Positions 39,591 to 49,075 of a DNA stretch of 64,000 nucleotides are shown here, piece after piece. The notes beneath the pieces are model-generated. The model was not told the origin of the DNA. It saw only the letters and a list, made by a program, of their open reading frames with translations, and made no database searches. Location of the stretch: assembly GCA_000092065.1 (NCBI GenBank), contig CP000596.1; one strand, 5' to 3'. The number at the start of each line of letters is the position of its first letter. Positions within the stretch are counted from its first letter, which is position 1. The stretch comes from Ostreococcus lucimarinus (lineage: Eukaryota). The position numbers were made by a program, and so were the translations under genes.

Positions 39591-40683
39591 ATGGACGCGA
39601 ACGAACACGACGACGCGATGGAGGACACGCAGCGCCAGATCGCGAGACTGCTCCCGGACATCATCCGCGGCGCAGACTTGGAAAAGGCGACCGTGCGGAC
39701 GCTGCAAAAGTCGCTGGAGGATTCGTTGGGACGGGATTTGGGCGAACACAAAAACTTTATACGCGCCGAGGTGCGAGCTCGAGCGCGCGCGCGATCGAGA
39801 AGAGACGCCCGCGCGATGATTGATTCGCGGTTTGGTGCGGTTTGGGAGGGATTCGACGCGCGACATCGACGACGTTGCGTGAATTTTGGTTTAAGATCGT
39901 TGAGAGGAATGATTGAATTCGCCGCGCGACGACGGCGGCGCCGGCGCTCTCGGACGAGCGCGCGGTGTGGAACGCTCGATGACTGACGCACGCGATGCGC
40001 TTTAACCGTGGCAGGTGGAACACTTCTTGAAGGGTGCGGTAACGAAGAAAAGGGCGGCCTTGGATGAGGAGGGTTCGAAGGGCAAAAAGGCCAAGGCGCA
40101 GAAAAAAACGGGTCGGGGCAAGACGAAGGAATTAGTGGACCCAACTCGACCGAAAGGACCGAAAGGGGCGTACATGTGTTTTGTGAGTGCGCGAAGATCA
40201 CAAATTAAGGATGCAAACCCCGATATGACGTTCCCAGATATCGCTCGCGAGCTCGGTGTGGAGTGGAAGACGATGTCGGAGGCGAGTCGCCATCGGTACG
40301 AACAAATGGCAGAGTTGGATAAAGATCGATACACGCGGGAGATGTTGTCCTACGTTCCCTTGAGTGATGAAAAGATGCAGGAATTGAGAGAACAACAAAG
40401 CAGGCGAAAGGCCGCGGGGGGTCTCCAAGTCATGTACCACTGTTCGCCCGAGCTCACAGCGTTTCTCGGCGGCGCGAAGACGATAAACCGCAAGGAACTC
40501 ACGACGAGAATCTGGAAGTATTTCCGTGAGCATAATTTGATGGATCCAATCAACAAGCGATTCATTGTCCCAGATACGAAATTGTCCAAGCTTTTGAAGC
40601 TTCAAGACGGCGAAAGATTCCTTGCGTTCACCGTCAGTCGCTACCTCAATCCGCACTTGGTGAAGAAAGTTGAGAGTCAGTGA
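39591..40683 (+). CDS. DEK-C + HMG-box + SWIB/MDM2 domain chromatin protein, two-exon model: join(39591..39770,40015..40683).
   Basis: Exon 1: MDANEHDDAMEDTQRQIARLLPDIIRGADLEKATVRTLQKSLEDSLGRDLGEHKNFIRAE is a DEK C-terminal domain. It ends at a phase-0 GT donor (gag|gtgcga). An AG acceptor (ccgtggcag|GTGGAACAC) joins in frame to the ORF 40015..40683. That ORF carries a Lys-rich linker, an HMG box (PKGPKGAYMCFVSARRSQIKDANPDMTFPDIARELGVEWKTMSEASRHRYEQMAELDKDRYTREMLSY) and a SWIB domain (LQVMYHCSPELTAFLGGAKTINRKELTTRIWKYFREHNLMDPINKRFIVPDTKLSKLLK). Confidence 0.6.
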
Positions 40684-40962
40684 TACCAACATTGGTCACT
40701 ATTTTTAAGAACCCTAGGGTGCGAGTAATGAGTTTTCAGTTTGACTTGCGGTAGCATGAGTTTGAGTCGACGAACCAAGTTTTGAAATAAACACCGATTG
40801 AGCACCATATCCACCAAGCCCTCCTTCATTCGACATTCCGAGGTGTTGTCGCCAACGACGCGTTTCCTCGTGAATACGCGAGGGAGCTTCACTCCAAGGC
40901 TCGTCGACCTGAATTCAGTTTCGTGGCGACTTAATCTTGATAATACGATCATTCCTGGCATT

Positions 40963-42714
40963 ATGCACGTTCCACCGGCGAAATCACCGCCGAAATCGTC
41001 GTCTTGGAGAGCGTTCATGTTTTCCTTTGTCTTCACGCTGTTTGCGTTGGGAGTTTTCACACACCCAAAAACCATGGTTGTGGCACACGAAGCGGTCTCG
41101 CGCGCGTCAACGCAGGGAAAAATGTTGCATAAAATCGTTACCGATCCTGAGCGGAGACAAGAGGCGTGGATGAGCGCGAACGAGCGAGCAAATGTCATCA
41201 GCGAGGGCATCACCGCTGTGCGTTTTCTTTGGATTTCGCCGTGCGTGCAATTTGCCGTCGGCGTGCTTGCCCTTCTCTCGTCGCTCGTCGCTGCGGACAG
41301 ATTCTTTCACTGCTATGTTGCATTCTATTGGCGGTATATATCGCGCAAAAGCGCTCTCAAAAGGTTCGACTATTTCGAGTTGGAGGGCGACGAGGCTAAG
41401 TATCCGTCCGTCGTCGTTCAGCTGCCCATGTTCAACGAGACGGACGTCTGCGCGCACGTGATACAGTGCGCTCGTGAAATCCAATGGCCAAGAAATAAGT
41501 TTTTGATCCAAGTTCTCGATGATTCCACGTGCGCTGAGACGCGCGAGACGATCGAAGAGTGTTTGCATACGTGCAACGAGCAAGGTGTGCAAACCCAATA
41601 TCGATGGCGTTCCAATCGAACCGGCTACAAAGCGGGAGCGATGGCAGAGGCGATGGATGACATCGTAGATTACGACTACGTGTGCGTTTTCGATGCAGAT
41701 TTCAGTCCCGAGCCAGACTTCTTACTTAAGACGATACCGTGGATCCATTCGAACCCCCAATGCGGTTTCGTTCAAGCGCGTTGGGTGTATGCAAATGCGT
41801 CTGAAAATCTGTTGACGCGCGTGCAAAGTATTTCGCTCAACTACCACATTCGTTGCGAACAATTCGCTCGATTTTCAGCAGGTCTTTTCTTCAACTTTAA
41901 CGGTACCGCGGGAGTTTGGCGGAGAACGTGCATCGAGGACGCAGGAGGCTGGGATTGTCGCAGCACGGTGGAAGACCTCGACTTGTCCTTGCGCGCGCAT
42001 CTTCGTCGATGGAAGTTCATTTTCCTCGATCACGTCACGTGCTTAAACGAAATACCCGCGCAGTACGACGCATTTCGTAAGCAACAGCATCGCTGGAGCG
42101 CCGGACCGATGGCGCTTTGGCGCAAAGCTATGACATCGATTTGGGAGGCGGACATTCCGTTCGCGTCAAAGCTGTATTTGAACATTTTCTTCTTCGGCAC
42201 TCGCATGGCGGCGACGCACTTGGTTTCGTTTTTCTTCTACCTCTTGCTCATCCCCCTTTGCGCGACGATGCCCGAAGTCGTCGTCCCGTTCTGGGCGTTG
42301 GTCTACGCCCCCGTGCTCGTCACGATCAGCACGTGCACGTTCACGAAAAATGGCTTATTGTACGCGATACCGTACGTTTTATTCGAAAACGCCAACACTC
42401 TGGTCAAGCTCAACGCCATGATCAGTGGCTTACTCGGCTTGGAGCACGCCAACGAGTGGGTCGTCACCACGAAACTCGGCAAGTGGGTCGCTCAAAAAGT
42501 GGAACGAGCCAAAACCACCCGTCTCGCCCGGCGTCTCGCCCCGACGCTCCGCGCCAAACCGTTTCACTTCAAAGAGCTCCTCATGTCCGTCTTTTTCCTA
42601 TTTTGCGCCGTTTGGGGCGTCCTCAGGCATCGTCTCTTCGGTTACAGCGTCTTTTTGTGTCTCCAATCCGTCGTCTTCGCCGTCTTCGGCTTCAACGTCG
42701 TCGACGCCCTGTGA
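40963..42714 (+). CDS. GT2-family glycosyltransferase of the cellulose-synthase-like CslA/CslC type (mannan / glucomannan synthase-like).
   Basis: DDS, DxD (VFDADF), QxxRW (QQHRWSAGPM) and multiple C-terminal TM helices. The overall order VLDDSTCAETRETIEE...YKAGAMAEAM...VCVFDADFSPEPDFL...FNGTAGVWRR...EDLDLSLRAHL...QQHRWSAGP is diagnostic for CslA-like GT2. Confidence 0.85.
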   Translation: MHVPPAKSPPKSSSWRAFMFSFVFTLFALGVFTHPKTMVVAHEAVSRASTQGKMLHKIVTDPERRQEAWMSANERANVISEGITAVRFLWISPCVQFAVGVLALLSSLVAADRFFHCYVAFYWRYISRKSALKRFDYFELEGDEAKYPSVVVQLPMFNETDVCAHVIQCAREIQWPRNKFLIQVLDDSTCAETRETIEECLHTCNEQGVQTQYRWRSNRTGYKAGAMAEAMDDIVDYDYVCVFDADFSPEPDFLLKTIPWIHSNPQCGFVQARWVYANASENLLTRVQSISLNYHIRCEQFARFSAGLFFNFNGTAGVWRRTCIEDAGGWDCRSTVEDLDLSLRAHLRRWKFIFLDHVTCLNEIPAQYDAFRKQQHRWSAGPMALWRKAMTSIWEADIPFASKLYLNIFFFGTRMAATHLVSFFFYLLLIPLCATMPEVVVPFWALVYAPVLVTISTCTFTKNGLLYAIPYVLFENANTLVKLNAMISGLLGLEHANEWVVTTKLGKWVAQKVERAKTTRLARRLAPTLRAKPFHFKELLMSVFFLFCAVWGVLRHRLFGYSVFLCLQSVVFAVFGFNVVDAL

Positions 42715-43110
42715 CGTCGGCGCCGCGTCGTCATCCGCGTCGACATCACTTCGACCGCTCGCGCGCCCGCTTCCGCGCGCGCGCTCGAGTCGACGGTGGT
42801 CAACGTAGTCACGCGTCATCCCATCCATCGCACATCCGTTCCAGTACCGTTTCCCGTCCCTGATCGCGCGCACATCGACGTATTCAAACCCCGGTTTCCC
42901 GCGACAAAGGCGCCGATCGCGCTCCGCGCGCGCCTAGCATCGCGATCCGCCGTCGCGCGCGCGTCGCCGCGCGTTTGCGATCCGCGGCGAACCCTCGCGC
43001 GCGGCGGAGCGCGACGCGCGCGTTCGAGCGCCGCGTCGTTCGCGCCGACGTCGAGCGCGAATCGCGACTCGAGCGCGCGCGCGACGGTGACGCGAACGAC
43101 GACGGACGCG

Positions 43111-44349
43111 ATGCTCGCGCGCGCGACGCTCGCGACGCGCGCGACGCGCGCGACGACGACGACGACGACGACGCGGCGAGCGCGACGCGATGGGCGAGCG
43201 CGCGCGACGGCGGCGACGCGGGCGACGACGAGGACGCGCGCGAAGGTCGAGGGGCGGGACGCTGACGACGACCGAAGCGCGATGGTGCGGACGCGCGGGA
43301 CGACGCGCGGGACGACGCGCGCGCGCGGGACGCGAGGGACGGCGACGCGCGCGGTGCTGGGAAGCGGCGACGCGGACGAGGACGACGCGGCGGCGACGCG
43401 AGCGACGAATCAAGGACGGTTGCTGCTGGTGCTGGTGGCGATGGCGTACGGATCGCTGAGCGTGTCGTTGAAATTGGTGTTCGAATCCGCGGGCGCGCCC
43501 ACGGCGGGCGTGCTCGGCGGCGTGCGAGGTTTGATGACGATTTTGTGCTTCGCGCCGATGTTGATGGCGAAGGATTCGAAGGGGGGGGAAGGTTTCGAAA
43601 CCGGCGCTGGATTTTGGCGAAGCGCGGCGGAGTTGGCGTTTTGGAATCTCGGGAATCAGGGATTGTGTAACGTCGCGCTGTTGTTCACCGACGCCACGCG
43701 CGTGAGCTTCTTCACGCAAGCCTCCATCGCGTTCACGCCCTTCATCGCGAGCTTGGGGGGCGATAAGGTGAAGTCCATGACGTGGCTTGGGTGCGCGTTG
43801 GCGTTCTGCGGCGTCGCCGTGCTCGGCATGGATGGTGGCGCGGCGGCTGAACTCGGTGGGAATTTCAATCTCGGCGATTTACTCGCGCTCGCGGGCGCGG
43901 CTTCGTATTCCATGTACGTCTATCGCATCGGGCAATTCGCCAAGCAGGGGTTTTCCGGACAAGGATTGCAGGTGTGGAAAAACGTTTTTCTGGCGGCGAT
44001 GTACGGCGGTTGGATGCTGTATGATGTGTTCGCCTTCACTTCTGGCGTGCCTGGAGCCGCCGTCCCGTGGGCTGGTTGGCAAAATTTGAAGATTTGGGTC
44101 CTGCTCGCCTTCACCGCCATCGTTCCCGGTTGCCTCGCCGATTTGGGGCAAGCCAAAGGGCAAGAAACCGTCTCGGCTTCTGAGAGCTCGGTCTTACTCG
44201 CGGGCGAACCATTGTTCGCCGCCGTGTTCGGTGCTGTCACTTTAGGAGAAATCCTCGGCCCTATGGGTTACGTGGGAGGAGCGCTCATCGTCTTCGGTGG
44301 GCTGGTCGCCGGCGACGTGTTCGCGTCGAAGAAATCTTTGACCAAGTGA
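43111..44349 (+). CDS. EamA-like (drug/metabolite transporter superfamily) membrane transporter with an Ala/Thr/Arg-rich, transit-peptide-like N-terminus.
   Basis: Ten predicted TM helices in two EamA halves (LLLVLVAMAYGSLSVSLK...; ...SESSVLLAGEPLFAAVFGAVTLGEILGPMGYVGGALIVFGGLV). The start is uncertain; the ORF track begins at 42796. Confidence 0.65.
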   Translation: MLARATLATRATRATTTTTTTRRARRDGRARATAATRATTRTRAKVEGRDADDDRSAMVRTRGTTRGTTRARGTRGTATRAVLGSGDADEDDAAATRATNQGRLLLVLVAMAYGSLSVSLKLVFESAGAPTAGVLGGVRGLMTILCFAPMLMAKDSKGGEGFETGAGFWRSAAELAFWNLGNQGLCNVALLFTDATRVSFFTQASIAFTPFIASLGGDKVKSMTWLGCALAFCGVAVLGMDGGAAAELGGNFNLGDLLALAGAASYSMYVYRIGQFAKQGFSGQGLQVWKNVFLAAMYGGWMLYDVFAFTSGVPGAAVPWAGWQNLKIWVLLAFTAIVPGCLADLGQAKGQETVSASESSVLLAGEPLFAAVFGAVTLGEILGPMGYVGGALIVFGGLVAGDVFASKKSLTK

Positions 44350-44443
44350 AGTCACCTTCATTCGTGAGAACCATTTTTGTACGCATCATACGATTGCATA
44401 TTATTTCTAGTTCTAGGTGACAATAGATTGATAGATCAGTTTT

Positions 44444-46246
44444 CTAATCGATACAACGTATGTCTAATACCGCCTCATTACCTAGTATCGTCGGACACTC
44501 GACGACGCCCCGTTCATTTGGTTTTAATTGGCCGTGCTTGTTCGAGCCGAACCCCCACACGCGATTGGTTTCATCGACTCCTACGACATGTTTCGTACCG
44601 GCGCTCACCGACACCAACTTGGGGAGGCCTTCGAGCTTCTGAGGCACGTACACTTTCGACCCGACATGCCCGCACGCATAGTCGTCGTTCGAGCCCCACG
44701 TGAAAAGCTCGCCTTCGTCCGTGAGGCACGCGGAGTGCGCCCCACCCGCCGCGCACGAAACAATCCGATCCGAAACGTCGATTATCGCCATCGCTGGCCA
44801 ATTCCTAGGGCCATCTCGCCCGAGCTGTTTCATCGAGTTGTCGCCCCACGAGTACAAGGCGCCGTCGGTCGTCACCGCCAACGTGTGCTTGGCGCCCATG
44901 TCAAAATCAACCACGCCGTCGATCGTCGCGACGAGCACTGGAGTGTCTCGCACGCATAAGTTATCACCAAGTCCTAAGTTTCCATTTCGATTGTCTCCAA
45001 AGCAATAAAGTCTACCGTCGATGGTTTGGCAGCCCGAGGAATACCGGCAAGCCCGTATTTTAGCGATACGTTTATCCTCGAGCGCGACAATCTGTCTCGG
45101 TGCGCTCGGTGTGTCGAACAATAAAAAGCTCTGGTGCGGTGGCGGCGAACCGCCGCCGTACGTGCGCGATTTTCGTCTACCACCGCCAGCCGTCGGGGAC
45201 CCGCCCAGAGAGATGCGAGACATCGCTTCGCCCATGCGAAACCTCCCGTGGCCGCATTGCCCAGCGGCGTCGCCGCCCCACGACCACACTTTCCCATCAT
45301 CCGTGAGCGCTAAAGCGTGCACTCGTCCCAGCGCAAGCTGAACCACACGTGCGTTTGGACCACCAAAATCACGAGGCGACGGCGGCGTCAGGAGCCCCCG
45401 CAGCTCGTCGCGCACCGCGGACGAGTGCCCAAACATCCCCGGTGGCGAGCCCCTCCGCCCGAAACGCGCCTCGTCGTTGGCGCACTCTGTCGCCGTGACT
45501 AAAACCTCACCGTTATGATTCACTCGAATCACGCACGCGTGTCCAGCCACCGCAATCATCGCGCGACCTAACGCGTCGTCGTCCGCCTCGGTCCCGCAGC
45601 CTCGCGTTCGCGTTCGCCCATCCCTCGTCGTCGTCGTCGTCGCGTTTTCGTTCGCCACCGCCACGACGTTTGGAACATTTTTATCGTCCCCCCACATCCG
45701 CTCTCGCGCCTCGACGAACTTCAGAACATCGATCCACGTCTCTCCGCGTCTCGGCGTCTCCTCCGCGCCGCGTCTCCGCGCGCGCCGCTCCGCCGCGCGC
45801 GCCGCGTCTTCCCCGAACCCCATCCGCGCCAGCGTCGCCAGCGCGTCCGCCGCGCAAAACGACAGCGCGTGTATCCGCACGTCTCTCGGCAGCGCGTCGA
45901 GCGCGCCGAGCTCGGGCGCGTCGTCGCCGTCGCGTCGTTCGTTATCCCGGCCGCGTCGTCCACCCCTCGACGTCGTCGCGGCGTCCCCATCGCGCGCGCG
46001 CGCGTCGTCTCGACGCAGACTCGCGCGAAGCATCGACCGCGCCGTCGACGCGCGCGCGCGTCGCGTTCCGCCGTCGCGCGCCGCGTCGACGGCGCGCGCG
46101 CGCCGAACGAACGGACGCCGCGCGAGGCGAAAATCAGCCGCGATCGCGCGTAACGAAGCGTCGAAACGGCCCATGCGAAACCGCGGCGCGCGGAACGATA
46201 AAAAGTGACGCGCGGCGCGTTCGGGGCGCGGCGAGTCACGGTTCAT
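44444..46246 (-). CDS. RCC1-repeat (regulator of chromosome condensation-like) protein.
   Basis: C-terminal tandem RCC1-type blades (ALYSWGDNSMKQLGRDG; LFTWGSNDDYACGHVG; VWGFGSNKHGQLK). The annotated ATG lies inside the dispersed repeat described below. Confidence 0.7.
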   Translation of the reverse strand: MNRDSPRPERAARHFLSFRAPRFRMGRFDASLRAIAADFRLARRPFVRRARAVDAARDGGTRRARASTARSMLRASLRRDDARARDGDAATTSRGGRRGRDNERRDGDDAPELGALDALPRDVRIHALSFCAADALATLARMGFGEDAARAAERRARRRGAEETPRRGETWIDVLKFVEARERMWGDDKNVPNVVAVANENATTTTTRDGRTRTRGCGTEADDDALGRAMIAVAGHACVIRVNHNGEVLVTATECANDEARFGRRGSPPGMFGHSSAVRDELRGLLTPPSPRDFGGPNARVVQLALGRVHALALTDDGKVWSWGGDAAGQCGHGRFRMGEAMSRISLGGSPTAGGGRRKSRTYGGGSPPPHQSFLLFDTPSAPRQIVALEDKRIAKIRACRYSSGCQTIDGRLYCFGDNRNGNLGLGDNLCVRDTPVLVATIDGVVDFDMGAKHTLAVTTDGALYSWGDNSMKQLGRDGPRNWPAMAIIDVSDRIVSCAAGGAHSACLTDEGELFTWGSNDDYACGHVGSKVYVPQKLEGLPKLVSVSAGTKHVVGVDETNRVWGFGSNKHGQLKPNERGVVECPTILGNEAVLDIRCID

Positions 46247-46312
46247 GACTCGTCATGTGTGTAGGTACTCTCTCAAGGGGCGATATACATTTTTCCGGCG
46301 AGATCTCGAGTA
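46233..46312 (+). repeat. Dispersed promoter-associated repeat, copy A (about 60-80 bp: cacGGTTCATGACTCGTCATGTGTGTAGGTACTCTCTCAAGGGGCGATATACATTTTTCC).
   Basis: Near-identical to copies at 46627..46716 (same orientation) and 61036..61125 (inverted). It contains divergent ATGs (ATGAACCG on one strand, ATGACTCGTCATG on the other) and a TATA-like motif. Confidence 0.6.
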
Positions 46313-46626
46313 TTTTCGACATTTTTTATCACGGTTAAACAGTCTTAACAGGTGATATAGTACGTACATACAAAATGATAAAAAGTTGCTTCCCGGTGTG
46401 ATTTAGCCACCCCCAGATCTCGCGTCGACGTAACTTTTTATCGATCACGAGATACGCATTGAAGTATCATCCGAGACCATGTATATAAAGTAAATCGTAC
46501 AACATTCGGTGATGCTCGAGCAAACAGTCCGCGAGTGGTTTGAAACTCGCGGTCGGACGGACATCGCGATGCACACGCGCGCGCGACGCTGACGTCTGCG
46601 TAAACAGTGTGTTCGGACATGCGGTG

Positions 46627-46716
46627 AGTGGTGTAAAATACGTACATATCCACGGTTCATGACTCGTCATGTGTGTAGGTACTCTCTAAAGGGGCGATAT
46701 ATAAATTTTTCCGCGT
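46627..46716 (+). repeat. Dispersed promoter-associated repeat, copy B (about 85 bp, full length, with a TATATAAAT motif).
   Basis: ggtgtaaaatacgtacatatccacggttcatgactcgtcatgtgtgtaggtactctctaaaggggcgatatataaatttttcc. Copies A and B are direct repeats flanking an AT-rich segment of about 330 bp (46320..46640). Confidence 0.6.
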
Positions 46717-46779
46717 CTCGGCACCTCGCGCGGCGCGGTCTCGGCACACGACGACGCTCGACGACGACGCGAACGCGAA

Positions 46780-47135
46780 CGCGAACGCGCGAACGAGCGA
46801 ACGAACGAGCGAACGAACAGCGAACGAACGACGAACGACATGGCGCTCTCGACGACGGTGCGACGCGAGCGCGAACGCGCGAACGAACGCGACGCGAACG
46901 CGAAGATGCGCGAAGATGCGCTTTCGGTGCCCAGAAGGACTGACGGCGGACGCGCGACGACGCAGATGGCGCGAGACGCCGATAGCTTTTTTCGTGACGT
47001 CTTCAGAGACGCCGACGACGTGCGTACGCGGTCGCGCGCGTGGGGGGGGCGAGGGCGAAGAACGCGCGAGGGTTCTTCGGTTCGACGTCTCGTCTCGACT
47101 CGTCTCGTCTCGTCTCGTCTCGTCTCGCGCGCGCG
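46780..47135. repeat. GC-rich microsatellite-like tracts: (GAACGMG)n at about 46780..46850 and (CGTCT)n at about 47090..47130.
   Basis: Direct reading: cgaacgcgaacgcgaacgcgcgaacgagcgaacgaacgagcgaacgaac... and cgtctcgactcgtctcgtctcgtctcgtctcgtctcgc. Confidence 0.7.
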
Positions 47136-47275
47136 CGAGAAGCGATGCGCGATATTTCCTTTCACGGAAAAAACTTGATCAGAAAGGACATCAAAATGAC
47201 TTGATGACTTTGTTGATTTCTTCAGGCACAAGGGTAGAGATGGACTGACTGAATGCACGCATCGCTGCGCAGTGG

Positions 47276-47288
47276 TTTTCGAATTTTC
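47276..47288. promoter_or_regulatory. Possible minimal heat-shock element (TTCGAAttTTC, which contains GAAnnTTC) about 15 bp upstream of the sHSP ATG.
   Basis: Only two properly spaced nGAAn units. Suggestive because of its position directly upstream of an Hsp20 gene. Confidence 0.25.
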
Positions 47289-47302
47289 ATCTCGCGCCCG
47301 GA

Positions 47303-47719
47303 ATGGGTAACCCGTGGATGCCGTTGGCGCAGCGCACGCCCGGGGCGAGCGGTGCGTTGGCTCCGCTTGCGGGCGGCTTGCGCGTCATTCCTGTCGACGT
47401 TTTAGAGGATGAGAAGTCTTACGTCTTGCGTGCGGATCTTCCCGGGATGAAGAAAGAAGACGTCAACGTCGAAGTTGATGGACAGATCGTTCGAATCAGC
47501 GCGACGAAGAAGGACACGAAGAAGTGGGAGGACGAAGGATACAAGTACCATCGCGCCGAACGCCGAGACACGATGGAGTACTCGCAACGCGCGTTGAGAA
47601 TGCCGCAAAATACTGATTTCAGCAAACTCGATGCGGCGTTCGACGATGGCACTTTGACCGTGACGTTCGGTAAGCAAGCGACCTCGACGCCGACGGCGAA
47701 GCAAATCTCAATCAAGTGA
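47303..47719 (+). CDS. Small heat-shock protein (Hsp20 / alpha-crystallin domain).
   Basis: Alpha-crystallin domain: VDVLEDEKSYVLRADLPGMKKEDVNVEVDGQIVRISA...YKYHRAERRDTMEYSQRALRMPQNTDFSKLDAAFDDGTLTVTF. Confidence 0.85.
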   Translation: MGNPWMPLAQRTPGASGALAPLAGGLRVIPVDVLEDEKSYVLRADLPGMKKEDVNVEVDGQIVRISATKKDTKKWEDEGYKYHRAERRDTMEYSQRALRMPQNTDFSKLDAAFDDGTLTVTFGKQATSTPTAKQISIK

Positions 47720-47769
47720 CCTGCTTCGCGTTTGTGAGGGATCGAAATCAAGACCATGAGCCTCGATAC

Positions 47770-47975
47770 GTCGTTAGCATCTTTTGTTTTTGATTTTTGA
47801 TTGTGATACACAAACGATCAGCACTTTTACAACTCCTAGAGAATTTCCTCTTCCTAATAACGTAACGGTGGCATCTTTTGTTTTTGATTTTGATACACAA
47901 ACGATCAATATTTTTACAAATCTCCTAAAGAATTTCTTCTATCTCTTCCTAATAATGTAACGCTCACTCTCCATC
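47770..47975. repeat. Tandem duplication of about 100 bp (2 copies) in the AT-rich convergent 3' region between the sHSP gene and the sugar-transporter gene.
   Basis: catcttttgtttttgattt..gatacacaaacgatca..ttttacaa.tcctagagaatttc.tcttcctaataacgtaacg occurs twice in succession with a few substitutions and indels. Confidence 0.6.
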
Positions 47976-49075
47976 TAGCTACCCAATAGCGGAGCCGTAT
48001 CCATCGGTCCCCGCTTTGCACCAAACCACGAACGCGGCAAGCAGGGACAAATCGTGTCGCGAGAATATCCCTGACCTGGAACGCGGAGCGGAGCTTGCTC
48101 GTAGAATATACCGCACGTCATGATTGCTAAAATCGCGTACGTTCCTTCGATGGTCGTGTGCTTATCCCAAATCATCCAATTGACGAGTTCGGAGATGAAC
48201 TTGTTGCACGTCGCCACGACGGAGACTGAAGTCGCGGAGAGCGTCTCGCGGATCCACATCGTCGAAAAACTCATTCCCAGTCCCATGAAACACGTCGCAG
48301 TTAAAACACCAAGTGCCTTCGACGTTAATGTTGTGTCCATGAGCGCCGTGCTCTCGCCAGAGAGCGCAAACAGCACCACGGCGAGCGGGATGCTCAGCAC
48401 GTTGATGTTGAACGACCTCGACCAGTTGTTGAGCGGAATCTTATCAATCGTATGCTTGGCGATCAAGCCTTCCGACACCGCGGCGACGATGAAGAGTGCG
48501 CAGAACGCGTACGCGGTCGCCGTGGAGAAGATGTCTAGATTCACGTAAAATACCGCCCCGACGACGATGCCCACCAGCGCGAGCGCCGACTTGGGTGTCG
48601 GCAGCGCTCGACCTAGGAACAGATATTCATTCAACGAAAACACCACCGGCGTCAGCGACTTGACCGCGATGAATGTTTCTAACGGTGCGCGCTGCATCAC
48701 CTCCATGCCAGCCAGTAACAGCGCGAAAAAGCTCAACGTGAGGGGCAGGAACGCCAACGCAATCTCCTTTGTGAGCGGCTCCACGGTGACTAATTTCAAA
48801 CCGTGCGCCGCGAGCAAAAGCAACGTCGTCGCCGCGAACTGGCAAAACAAGATGAAGTTCGGTGCCGGTATCATCGTCACCGCTACCTTGTTTAAAACGC
48901 TCAGCGAGCTACCGATGGCGCAGTATAAAACGATAATCCCGAGCACGCGCGCGTTGGCCCACAAGTACGTCGTCGTTTGCGCACCGTCGCGTCGCTCACC
49001 ATTCGCGCTCGGCGACGTGGGCTCTAAATCAGAGTCATCGCTCTTGTCTTGCCGAATCGGCGCGTATTTCGCCAT
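47975..49075 (-). CDS. Nucleotide-sugar transporter of the TPT/NST family (GDP-mannose-transporter-like).
   Basis: About 10 TM helices; the overall pattern resembles VRG4/GONST-type transporters. The N-terminal cytosolic tail is MAKYAPIRQDKSDDSD. Confidence 0.7.
   Translation of the reverse strand: MAKYAPIRQDKSDDSDLEPTSPSANGERRDGAQTTTYLWANARVLGIIVLYCAIGSSLSVLNKVAVTMIPAPNFILFCQFAATTLLLLAAHGLKLVTVEPLTKEIALAFLPLTLSFFALLLAGMEVMQRAPLETFIAVKSLTPVVFSLNEYLFLGRALPTPKSALALVGIVVGAVFYVNLDIFSTATAYAFCALFIVAAVSEGLIAKHTIDKIPLNNWSRSFNINVLSIPLAVVLFALSGESTALMDTTLTSKALGVLTATCFMGLGMSFSTMWIRETLSATSVSVVATCNKFISELVNWMIWDKHTTIEGTYAILAIMTCGIFYEQAPLRVPGQGYSRDTICPCLPRSWFGAKRGPMDTAPLLGS

Noticed and set aside
39264-39986. 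The 240-aa ORF that contains the DEK-C sequence and reads on into RRRRRRRS-type sequence.
   Set aside because: Only the 60 codons from the ATG at 39591 to the GT donor at 39771 look like protein; the rest (both upstream and downstream) is Arg-rich read-through. It is better explained as exon 1 plus intron of the DEK-C/HMG/SWIB model.
40798-40962. The N-terminal 55 residues of the ORF-track model for the CslA-like gene (starting MSTISTKPSF...).
   Set aside because: The ORF track starts at an upstream in-frame non-ATG codon it renders as M. The first ATG (MHVPPAK, 40963) precedes the first TM helix and is the more plausible start, so the upstream part is treated as 5' UTR.
46445-46943. ORFs MNRGYVRILH... 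(46445..46660 minus; 61095..61637 plus) and MTRHVCRYSLKGRYINF... (46659..46943 plus; 60848..61096 minus) that look like a duplicated small gene.
   Set aside because: Their shared N-termini are simply the two strands of the dispersed 85-bp repeat. Downstream of the repeat the translations are unrelated low-complexity sequence, so they are repeat-derived ORFs rather than paralogous genes.
46686-47258. 190-aa minus-strand ORF between the repeat region and the sHSP gene.
   Set aside because: It is composed of microsatellite translations (RSFARSRSRSRRRR, VETRRRTEE) and is most likely promoter-region simple sequence.
47276-47288. Calling a full heat-shock element upstream of the Hsp20 gene.
   Set aside because: Only a GAAnnTTC dimer with an adjacent out-of-phase TTC is present, not the three or more alternating nGAAn units of a canonical HSE. 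It is kept only as a low-confidence feature.
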